A stretch of DNA of 64,000 nt, taken from positions 133,649 to 197,648 of the forward strand of contig CAJFCJ010000034.1 in NCBI GenBank assembly GCA_904063045.1, in the 5' to 3' direction. This DNA comes from Dimorphilus gyrociliatus (lineage: Eukaryota; Animalia; Annelida). Numbering within the stretch: position 1 is the first letter of the stretch; every line of letters starts with the position of its first letter. Below the pieces are notes generated by a model that had not been told where the DNA came from, searched no databases, and was given only the letters and a program-made list of their open reading frames with translations. Below, piece by piece: positions 39,201 through 50,940 of the stretch. The translations under genes and the position numbers were made by a program.

Positions 39201-42200
39201 GATTTGGTAATAGGTATGGATAGGTGGGATCTACACATGCAACAAGGCAACGTGTGTCTTGGCACTAGGGGCATAGTGAAATACCCATTGGGTTGGGCTT
39301 GCAGTGGCAAGAAGACCCAGGATTCTATAAGTCTGTTTACGCAAGCAGAACTGAGAATCATCAGCTGTATCACAATACAATCAGATGAGTCACAGGAAAC
39401 CCTAGTAGATGATGGTGAAATCATAGCTAGGGATGACTATAGCGAGAAAAGGCTTAGCCTAAACGATGTAAAAGCTCTTGAGCAATTCAAGAAGGAATTT
39501 GATGCTCAGGAGTTAAAGGCTGCCATCCCATTCAAAGGGAATGTCAGGGATCTGACACTAAATCGGGCACTGGCTGAGCGTAGAGTGAGGAGTCTCTTAA
39601 TGAGATTCAAAAGAGACCCAGTGTATGAAAGGGATTATGACAGGTCTGTATATGAATATATTGAGCAGGGTTTCGCCACTGAGGCAGGCCCAATCGATGT
39701 GGCCTGGTATATTCCACACCACGGTGTTGCCAACCCTAAGAAGGACACCATAAGAGTGGTGTTCGACTGCAAGGCTCAGTACAAAGGGTTGGGACTAAAT
39801 GATGTGACTGGTCCAAATCATTTGAACGACCTATACGATATTCTGATAAGCTGGAGCAGAGGGCTCTTCTTTATCGTGGCAGACATCAAGAAGATGTTCT
39901 GCCAGGTTAAAATAAGGGAGAAAGATCTGCCCTACTTTGCATTCCTCTACTGGGAGAAATCAGTAAGGAATAAAACAATGAACAATGTCAAGACTTTTGT
40001 CATGACAAGACATGTTTTTGGGGCCACATCGAGCATTCATTGCATGTCGAGCTCTAAGTACATTGCTCCAGGAGAGTGACTGGCTCTCACAGGAAGCAAA
40101 ACAGACAGTGATTAACCATTTCTACGTGGATGATCTATTGTTAATGGCTGCCAGTAATACTAATAATTAATATTACTAATAAGTTGGATGCATTCACAAG
40201 AAACAGAATAAGATACATTACCAGTAACTCAAACCCTTCTTCTTGGAAAAGGATTGAAGGCAAGACAAATCCAGCTGATCTCGGTACCAGAAGGAGGAAG
40301 CATTCAGATGAACAATGGCTGACACCTGTTATATCAGGTATGACTCAGTGCGTATCTCTGGGGAACATCTTTAGACCATTTTCCCATGACTGGGAAAAGA
40401 TGGCACACCGGGATATGCCAGTATACCAACAAAGAAGACTGGCAATAGCCTACCTGTTGAGGGACAAGCAAAGAAGTAATTCGGGCAAGAAGTTCCCGGA
40501 GCTGGAACCATTTAAAGACTCCTACAGAGTTATCCAAATAAACGGAAGATTGAGAAATGCTCACAGGATGCCATATGATGCACGGCACCCCATCCTGATA
40601 ACAAGAACAACAGGCTTGTTTAGAGCCATAGTGTTCACAGCTCACAAAGAAGCAGCACATCAGGGTGTACAAAAGACCAGGGCATGGATCAGAAAGCCAT
40701 TCTGGTTACATAAAGGCACAGCCCAGATAAAGACCATAGTTGAAACATGCCCCTACTGCATATGATATAAGACAAACAGGACTTACAGTATTCGGCAAGC
40801 TCCTCTACCAAATGTGTGCACTGAGAAACCACTACGACCCTTTAGAAATGTAGGAGTAGATCACGCGGGACCATATCACACTGATGAAGGCGAACAAAGG
40901 TTTGTTTTGCTCATAGCATGCTACCAAACTAGGGCAGTGCACCTGGAGAGCTGTACATCAACAACCTTTGCATACATAAAGGAAGCATGGACTAGGTTTA
41001 TGGCAAGATGAGGTCACCCAGAGAATGTACACTCAGATGGAGCTGGAGCATTTAGGAGATTGTCTGACGAAATGGAGAGAGCAGGAATCTGCTGGAAACT
41101 AATACCGGCTAATTCTCCTCAAAGAGGAGGATTATGGGAATCTTTAGTAAAACCAGTCAAGAGTACCTTGCAAGTTCTAAATAAGGAGACACCGACAGAG
41201 GAAAGCCTAAGGACAGCAATCACTGTGACCGAAAGTATTGTCAACCAAAGACCATTGACAACTATCCTGGAGGACCATAAAGAAATTCCCCTCACTCCAG
41301 CATCTTTCCCATGGATTCAATCCAAGGAAAGGAACGAAATGAGAAGCTCCTATGAGCAAATCAAATTGATCAGGTCTATGCTGGAGAGAAGATGGTTCCA
41401 GGAATACACATCCACTTTACAGGCTACCTCGAAATGGCACAAGCAGAGTGGGCGAATCCCAAAGGTCAACGATCTGGTAGTCTTAGTCAGTGACTCCTTA
41501 AGACGCCATGATTGGAAAATAGGGCGCGTATGGAGAATAAAAAAGTTCGCGGATGGGCAACCCAGAAATTTACAGATTCTCACAGAAAGGTCCTTGGTAT
41601 GGCGAGACCCAAGAAGGGTAGTTCCCTTCTAAAGAAACGTAAGGTTCTTTAGGAGGGGGGGAGTGTTAGAGAACTTCCAGATCTCTAGAGTTAAATGTGT
41701 GTAGATACACGTGATTATATCGATACCAATTAGTAGTCAATTAGAATACAGCAACCGTTTGATACGGTTACATACAGTAAATTATATCGTTTTGTAATCG
41801 TAGAAGAACCGATCTTCAACAGGAGAAAAAGTTTCTGTCTTCAGATGATCAGAGATAATCTACACACTGGTCTAAAGTAATTTTCACTGATGAGGCTAGA
41901 TTCTCACTGAGTGGGCCAGATGATTTTCATACATGGACCAAAGATGGCAAAAAGAAATGCAACCAAATAAGAAAAAAAAAATCAATAAAACATTACATAA
42001 TATAAAAAAAAAAAAATGATGTAAAATCTTACCTAAATCATATTTGAAAGATAATTATATATAAATTTAAGTTTCATTTTTAGTATGTTGGCCTATTCAA
42101 AATTCGAGGTGTTCCATTTTTTATGAAGATTACTTTATATACATTATATATTCTCCTATTCTACGTTCAAATAGAGATTGTGTCGAAGACTTTTTAGATT

Positions 42201-45200
42201 TTACAAGATACAGTAAATCAGATTCTGATTGTTCTGCATTTGATTCTAAAAATGGGTTTTCATCAAGATTTTGTAATAAAGATTACACTATAACTGTTTG
42301 CCAAAAGGATTATGGTAATGCTACTTGAAGTGTTTCTATTAAAGAACCAAATATAACGTTCTTATGAATAATCTTTATATTCAATTTCATAGAAAATTTA
42401 ACTATTCCAACGATGGATTTAATAAATTCTCCAGAAATTGGCGTTTGTCCTAAAAACTCTTTCTTCTGTAGAAGGGATAAAATATGCATAAATTCAATAA
42501 ATCAATGTAACGATAAAGTTGATTGTTCAGATGGAGAAGATGAAGAAAACTGTTCAAATCCTAAATATTTTATCTGTGAAAATGGGAATAGAATACTTGT
42601 TCAGTTTGTTTGCGATTATATTGCGGATTGTTCAGAAAAAGAGGACGAAGAAGATTGCGGTTTGTTATGAAAAAAATCATATTTTCACCCATCTATAACA
42701 ACTAAATGTTATTTAAAATCATATTTTCTAGAGTTTCAAACATGTGTAGATTCTTCATTGTAAGAAGTTTTAATACAATAAAGCACTATCCTTCAAAGTC
42801 TATCAACTATTTCAACAATAATAGATTTCAATGTCAAAATTCTCAGTGTATTCCAAAGATACATCGTTGTAATGGTGATAGAAATTGTTTTGATACTTCA
42901 GATGAAATTTGTAATGGTAAGAGGAAAAGAAAAGTCATAATGACAATTAGAATATCAATAATATAATTTACTACATAAATTCAATAGAATGTGATAAAGG
43001 TTTCTTTCATTGCGACGACAAATGTCTTCCTTATTCTTTCGTTTGCGATTTTAAACAAGATTGTAAACTAAACACTGATGAAACTATGGAAATGTGTTTT
43101 ACAAAGTTTGGAAGCCTTATACAATTTCGTAATTTATATTCATTAGCTTTACTTTATAAACGTAATATCTATTCAAGTACAAGCATTTATATTTTAGACT
43201 CAGACTGTTCTCAGTTTGTACGAAAGACAAACGGATTGCCACTATTCGACCCAAGTAAATATTCTTTTGATAAACCTGATTATACAAAAACTGTTTGCAC
43301 TTTGGAATATGATTCGTTATCTCGAATGAAAACAAGACCATACAAACCGTATAACCATTTGAAAAAATGTATAAATCATAAATGCTCATTGGGAGAATTT
43401 AAATGCATTGAAGAAGGATATTGTATATCTATTCGGAATGTTTGCGATGGTATCAATCATTGTTCTTTAGGAGAAGACGAACGTCATTGCGGTATTCTCG
43501 CAAATCATTATTTTACAGTTATTCTTATTTCTAAATTGAAACATGATGTTGCATTGCAGAGAGATTTAAACCTAAAGGCTTTTTCTTGTGCAAAATGAAT
43601 AAGACTTATGTAAATATAAGTAACGTTTGCGACGATATAGTTGATTGTTTTGATGGATCGGATGAAATGTACTGCAATGTATTCTTTCAATGTCCTTACA
43701 ACTGCATTTGTAAGACTAGTTTTCAAGTCGAGTGCAATTTTCTCGATAAAATTGAAAACAACGTGAACATTTGGACGAAAATTTTCGTAAAGACGCTAAC
43801 AATCAATGGTGGAAGGCGTCTAAACGAAACGTTACATTTCTTCAATAATCTCTCTTTAGTTTATCTGAACGTTTCGAACAGTTTGATTGATTTGAACGAA
43901 TTGAAGGATTTTTATCCAAATCTTGTTATTCTGGATTTAAGCTATACGAAACAAACATTAATAAATTCCAGTCATTTAAAAACTTATAAGAAACTGCAAA
44001 ATCTAATTCTGGAAGGAAATTTGTTGAAAGTTTTAGATTCGACTACGTTTTTTAATGAAAAAATGAAATTTCTCGATTTATCTAAAATGGAAATTGAAAA
44101 TATCAAAGAAAATTCATTTTCAACATTAAATCAATTAACTCATTTGAAAATATCGAATTCATTAATTCAGAATATTGATGATAATAGTTTTAAATCGATT
44201 TCTAATCTAAGAGTATTACATTTGAATAATACTATATTATCTAGAAATGAACGACTACTGTTCATAAAACGTTTACAATCTATTAATACTATTTATACGG
44301 AAAATAGTCTGATTTGTTGCATTGCTTGGAAATTTTGTAAACATTTAAGAATTTGTCTATCAAATAATAATAAAATATATAAAATATCTAATTGTCAAAA
44401 TATAATTAAATCAGATTTTTTAAGGATTTTCATAAGATTTTCAATGGTTTTTGTATTTATAGAGAATTTAATCATTCTCTTATTAATAATTTTCTTTAAA
44501 AGGAAATTATTCAATCCAATAAAGATTGGAATTATCTTCTCAGATATGATTTTAAGTTTTCAATTATTAACTTTGTTATTGGTTGATATTCGCTTTACAA
44601 ACACAATATTCAATAGCTATAAACATTTTCATGTTTACGAAAGTGTTTCTTGTTATTTAACAATAATATTTGAATATTACTATTATTTTGGTTCTTGTTT
44701 ATTTATAACATTACTTTTTCGTGTTTATCTACAAAAATCACGTGAAAATATTAGATTAAAGATGATTTTTATCCAATTATTTTTAATGATAGTAATAATA
44801 TTCAAGTGTTTCTTTTCTATTCATAATTTTCAATTCTGTTCATTTTTATGTTATAAATTTAAAGAAAATGATAGAACGTTGTTGTTTAACGTTTTAAATG
44901 GAATTTTAATAGTTTTATTATATTTTCTATGCATTTCGATGAACATTAATTTTTTGATAACAAAAATAAAGGAATTATCGAATTGGAAAAGGATATTCTT
45001 GGAATGTGAAGGATTTTTCTATATTTCTATTGTTATAAGGGAAATATTTACGTATTTATTAATAATTCCAAGTAAACAATATCTTTTATTGATAAATCAA
45101 TGTGTTTTATACATAAATTTCAATTTTCAGCTTTACTTAAACAATTCATTATTGATGATGAAAATATTGAATTATGGTGTCACTATATTCAAATTGTAAT

Positions 45201-45828
45201 AATGCCAATTCTAACAAGTCTAACAGGTTCTACGTTACTTTATAAGGAAATTCGAAATCTTATAGAAATTTCAAAGAGAGAAATAAATTTGAAAAGGTTA
45301 AAAAGTTCTTTTTCTTTCTCTTTATGAAATAATCTTGAAGAATTTCTCTTTAGAATCGAACTAGTAAGGGAAAATAAGGAGAAAAGTAAACAATAATTAA
45401 CATTCTTTTTCTTATATTTTTAATTTATGATAATTTATTCATGAAGTGTTGAAATTTGTCAAATTGTTCACTTGTACATCTATTAAATCATCTTTAAAGC
45501 ATATTCATTTAAAGAAGAAGAATTGTACCATAAATTTAAAAATGATATATTTTCATTACAAAAGGCTCGGTAGTATTCTTTATAGATGTCATTGTTGTCA
45601 ATTTTCAATATCTGGTAAATATTTTGGAGTGTTTACTCAAAGAAAGGTCTTTTTTGTTTTACACCGGCTTAACCTACTTTAATCTTAGTTTTTCTCTATA
45701 TTTAGATGGAATTAATGAATATTCATCAGCTAAATTTCATTAATTTAACCGATGAAAAGAATGATATTAAATGGTTTGGTTTATATTTAAAACAGAGTTT
45801 ACAAGGTTACTTTAGGCATAATGAATAA
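36228..45828 (+). CDS. Receptor C2: GRL101-like receptor with highly divergent 7TM and kinase-like tail; TE nest in one intron
   Basis: Signal-like start (approximate), ICKNMGYDHL, LDLa exons 42.4-43.6 kb, LRR-7TM ORF 43586-45199 spliced to the 45130-45327 region, tail exons about 45446-45645 and 45706-45828. Confidence 0.7.
38494..42141 (+). mobile_element. Decayed Tc1/mariner (Tc3-like) DNA transposon hosting a nested BEL/Pao element
   Basis: Imperfect ~55-bp inverted repeats at 38494-38547 and 42087-42141 (tatataaagtaa-ctt-ataaaa-atgg-acacc-aattttga-taggccaac) in TA context. Transposase fragment WSKVIFTDEARFSLSGPDD at 41868-41924. Confidence 0.75.
38751..41821 (+). mobile_element. 5'-truncated, internally deleted BEL/Pao LTR retrotransposon
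   Basis: Protease LMDAGSQ; RT VVFDC, ADIKKMFCQV, RHVFGATSS, FYVDD; most of the RT-RNaseH region missing; integrase HKEAAH, CPYC, GVDHAGP, GGLWESLVK. PPT aggaggggggag, then a 158-bp 3' LTR TGTT...AACA (41664-41821). Confidence 0.9.
43392..44181 (+). repeat. Second copy of the 790-bp LDLa-LRR tract
   Basis: Matches 33660-34449. Confidence 0.93.
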
Positions 45829-46929
45829 TAAATTCAATATTCAAGTTATCGTTATCATTAAATGATTAAATAATTTAATTTATTTGATATAAGAGTCTTT
45901 TGTAATATCATGGTTCAGCTTCACCTAACCTATACGCCTTATTGGCTATCCATCTTAAATTTATTGAAAGTTTCTAATAACAATGGCTGCCGAAGCCTGT
46001 CTCCGTAGTCCACGGATTGCATTCATACATTCATACAACACACTCTCTTATTCAATTGAAATTATTAAGAAACACTTTATTTTTAACAATGCATTCAAAT
46101 TCTTCTTAGTTAAACCCTGTCTTCGCTAGAAAAGGTTGTAAGTTTTTTCTTTTGGAGTATTATACGAAAGAAACTCCCGAGTACAAAGATATCTTCTTTC
46201 TCATTCATCACATTTAACGGCGCAAAATCAATTCCATGAATGCTAAACGTAAAATCAGACGACCTTGACTTCTAAATGTTATTTATTTAATTGAATAAAG
46301 AAAAAACAGATATAATCTATGTTTATAGAATACAAACCGCTTTATAAATCATATCTTTTGAGAATTTTCCATTCATAGATAATTTATGTTTATGGCAATA
46401 TTTTAGAGCCGTTGTTAATTGTTTAATACAATAGAAATAGGTCAAATTTTCATAAAATTCTAAATTGAATTCCATATAGTTTGATATATTCGTATTTGGT
46501 TTAATTAGAATAAAATTATTATCGTAATTCTTTAGAAATTCTATAACTGTGAGAAAGAAACAAACGATTTCTTTCAAAAGAAAACATTTAATACAATAAT
46601 GGAAATAATTAACAATTTGCCGTTAAAGTTGATTGAAAATCTTCGAAATGCTTTAATCTATTAAAAAAATAAATATAGAATATTGTTAATTTCATATAAA
46701 AGAGGTTATATAATACCTTTGAATTTTTGATTTTTGCTTCCTTTTTCTATATTCTCTTAATACTCCACCAAATGAATATATAAATGGATTAAGGACGCAA
46801 TTTATTGGAACAAGGACAGTAACAAACCAAATGTATACATCATTATTAATTATTAATTTAAATATCACGGAATAGAATCCTTAATGAAATAGAAACCGTA
46901 TATTATATTAACTACGATATATAGACTGT

Positions 46930-47090
46930 ATCATTGAAGTCGACTGGAAAACGTCTATTATATTTTAAGGTTATGGTTAGGGTTAAATACGGACGTTTTC
47001 CGTCGAATCCATTAATCCTTTCTTCTATTTACCAACTAATGTTATAGGAAACCAACAAAGTACATTTGTTAAGATTATTACGTAAATTGT
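46930..47090. mobile_element. ~161-bp insertion with an internal inverted repeat enclosing TTAGGG-like hexamers
   Basis: Arms tcgactggaaaacgtc (46940-46955) and gacgttttccgtcga (46992-47006); spacer contains ttaagg ttatgg ttaggg ttaaat; tgt on both sides. Removal restores RLQFNSLYIVVNII. Confidence 0.6.
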
Positions 47091-50000
47091 TAAATTGTAA
47101 TCGAGTTATTTGTGGTATTTTTGCTATGTTTAACACTGTTAAACTGTTAAACTTTAATCTACTTGCTCGAACTATTCTTAAAATATCCAAATATAGAATA
47201 ATAACCAACAATGATAAAATGAACATAAACATTCCGAATACGACGAATGAATATAACCATCCCTCCGATCTATCGCTTCTTATATGAATTTTAAAACAGA
47301 TAGGATTTTGGGAAAAATAACTCTTTTGGTTGAAACAATTTTAGTAATTAGTTAATTAGTTAATTAATTAATTAATTAGGATATATTTCATTTTACCGAA
47401 TATAAATAATGCGGTAAATTACCAACTATTACTGAAAAGCATACAGAACATAGGCATACTATAATTATCGATTTGATTGACATATGATGTGTTATTGGAT
47501 GTTTTATTGCACGGTGTCTTTCAACACTTAGTAAAAGTAGATTTATTGCAGAAAGTAATAGTGCAGTATTAAAGACACCACCGATAATTTTACATGTTAT
47601 ACCAAATCTCCATTCTTCGTCGTGTATTATAAAATTTCCCCTAAAATAAAAATCCGCAATTCCAATTGCAATAAAATAGCATGACGTCATAAAATCTCCT
47701 ATAGTTAAAAAGATTTCAAAAGAATTCCTTAATTTTGTCATTTTCAATATTCTATAGGATAGGGAAAATATATTTCCAAAAAAGCCTAATATTCCAATTA
47801 TCCATACTGCCGTTTGAATAAGCTTATTACCCAATAAATTTGAACAGGTATTTAACATTGATTTATTTGGAACACAATTTCCAGAATTTCCATAATATTT
47901 CCACATCAAACAACATAATTTATAATAATTTCCAATGATCTTTTCGATTTTATATAGATATTTAATGGCGTATATTCCTCTTTCAGATGGAAAAATTGTA
48001 TTATTCATTAAAAGTTTCCTTAATTTTCCAAATGATTTAAATGCAATTTCATCTAAATATTTTATAAAACAATTGTGAAAAGTTAAACTTTTCAATTTTG
48101 TTAAATTTTTAAAGATATATTTAGAAAATATTGAAATTTTTGTACTTGAAATATCAAGGTATAATAAATTTAAATAAATACTAAAAGTAAAATTTAAAGG
48201 TATATTTAAAGGATTAAATGATAAATCTAAATATTGCAGATTATTCATTTTCCAATTTTCAAGAAAACTAACATTTGTTAGAAAGCTATGTCTTAGATTT
48301 AAAGATATTAAATTAACAAATATTGATGATAGTACAAACTGTTTAAAAAGACAATTTTCAATTGATAAAATAGCAATACTATTGAATTTCACTCCTTGAA
48401 ATGATAATTCGGTATTTTTTATATTCAACTGCTTATATCTTGATGATGAATGTATTGTTAAAATTTCATAATTCATCTTTATTGGGAGGATACAATCAAG
48501 TATATAAAGTATAGAACAACTACAACCAATTGGGCAATTGGCTTCATTCGAACAAAATAATTCATCGCTACCTTCTATACAATTAATGATACTATTACAA
48601 ACTTGAGTGATATTTATGAATTTCTTTTGATTTTTACATTTAAAATATCCGTAAGGTAGAAAATTCTCTTTTATTAAACGATATACAAATATACAGTATT
48701 CACTAATTGTTTTATTAATATCTTTTAATTACCGCAATCACTTTCATCTTCTCCGTGAGAACAATGATTTATACCATCACATACTTGTTCAACGGATATA
48801 CAATATTTAAAGTGTTTACAGAAAAATTCACCAGGTTTACATAAATTTTCCATATTACAATTACTTAAATCGCCAAAAGGAAAGTGTACTTTTGTCTCCA
48901 AGTTACCTTTAGAATTGTACAGAACCCTACATCTAGTCTTTTTCGCTCTGAACAGTTGATTGCGAGTTGGCCTAAATTATGTAGGATAAATATAATAATT
49001 AGCAATACTACTACATTATTATATAGTTAGAACCATTTCTTATTTCTATCGATTAAATAGCTGAAACAGTACTCTAGCGGTTCGTCACTACTATCCCAGC
49101 AATGATTTTGAAAGTCGCATTGAAAAGTTTTACTATGGCATTTATCGTCGCAAATGAATTGATAACTACCGGAACAATCTACATTGGAAATCAACGGAAA
49201 AATCTATTATCAATTAAAAAAAACAAAAGAATTGATAACGTTCTATTATATACTATAGAGATAATTATCAAGAATCTCCAAATTAGTTTCCTCATCTAAT
49301 CGAATTTCACAATTCTCATCAGTTAAATCAATACAATTATATTCATTATCGCAGTATTGTTGGGTATCATTTAAACATTGATGATTTCCGCATCTGTTTA
49401 AAAGTTGATTTCATTTCATATACAGTATAAAGAATATAAACAGAGAGAAAATGATAGAAACTGTAAATTATCTGGGCAAAAATCTCTTTCTGCATATTTG
49501 AAGAAAACAAACAGTATTATTAATTTAATGCAACAACTTTTAGTACTATTATTCATATTTAACCGCAAAGCTCTTCGTCTGATTTATCTAAACAATCGTA
49601 TTTAAAATCGCAAACCAATTGAAATGGTATCTTCCCTGATCCATTATTACAAAAATAGTATTGGATTCTATTACAGTTTTCTTCGTCTTCTCTTGATGGA
49701 CAATCAATCTCTCCATCGCAACGATATACACCTGCTATACATATTCCATCGTTTTGGCAAAAGAAACTTGGCAATGTACATAGAGTAAAATTTTGAACAG
49801 ATAGGAACTTGTTGAATGGCGGATAAATTTCATTTTCTATTAGAGATAATAGAGATAATCATTTAATTATTATATTTATATATACTGTATATCAATTTGA
49901 ATCAATTACTAAGTAATTTTTGACATATGAATAGATAAATATCTTTCTTTTTACAAGATGTTGAAGTTATTAGACGAGCTTTTGTAAATGAATTTGTTAT

Positions 50001-50573
50001 ATCTAAAAATTCGAAATAGAGACAGTCTTGATTCAAATTGTAAAAGTTTTGTCTATGAGAAAGGAGAAGGAAATATGCAGAATCTGCAGGAAAAAGACGT
50101 TTATCTTCGTACTCTGTCTGAATTTTAATAATGAATGTATGAGAGAGAGAGAGAAGTTAAACTTTTGTTATCAACTTACTATATTTGATAAAAGTTGACT
50201 TATAAAATTTAGTGGTCATTTTGATGGCGATAATCTAACAGCATCCTTTCCAGCAATTTTTTCAGTATGAAACACTACGGAAGATTGCGAAATATCAAAA
50301 AAACAAGAATTGTTTTCATTATTAAAATGTAATACAAACTGGTACTTATAAGATTTCTATTAATTAAAGAATATCTATTAATTTCATGAAGTTTAATTTC
50401 TTGAAGCTTAAGCATAATATCCCAAAAAACTGTGTCCAATACGGGAAATTCATCAATTGTTGTATAGTTTCTTTTGTCACATTCATTCTTAACTTGATTA
50501 TGACTGATAGGAAGAGGTGAATGTATAATAAGATAGCAAGTATCCATTATTTTATAACTTTCATTATAAGGAC

Positions 50574-50940
50574 TAAACAGAACGTTATATACTAACGTTC
50601 CGTTCACATTACATGATATGAGTGAATGTGTGTTAGTGTGCGAGTGTCAGTGTCTGAGCGTCACTTAAGAAGGGAGTTTGACTTAGCCCAGAGTCGGGAC
50701 AGTCCAACTTGATGTTATGCCACATCGTTGATAACGACGTGGCATGAACGTGGCATGAATGTGGCAATACAGATGAGCACAGTCAAACACCCAATTAAGT
50801 GACACTAACAAAGTATAAAAGGGAGTGAATGTAATAGAACGGTGTGAGAGACCAAAAGAATATCAAATAAAATTTATACGAAATTCTTAGGAATTTCGTG
50901 CTATAAGCGAAAAACAAAATCTTATAAAGTATAAATTTTA
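50574..50940 (+). repeat. 5' LTR (367 bp, TAAA...TTTA termini), followed by TT and a PBS-like TGG
   Basis: Identity with the 3' LTR starts at taaacag; TATAAAA box inside; tt-tggttctgg follows 50940. The last 10 bp are assigned to the LTR from the terminal inverted repeat and PBS position. Confidence 0.8.

Noticed and set aside
38794-41583. Minus-strand ORFs inside the first BEL element
   Set aside because: Antisense shadows of higher-GC retroelement coding sequence, with no recognisable motifs.
3973-49889. Scattered TACAGTA/TACTGTA heptamers as Tc1 excision footprints
   Set aside because: About 16 seen versus roughly 15 expected by a rough estimate at 75% AT, and several lie in coding exons; no enrichment.
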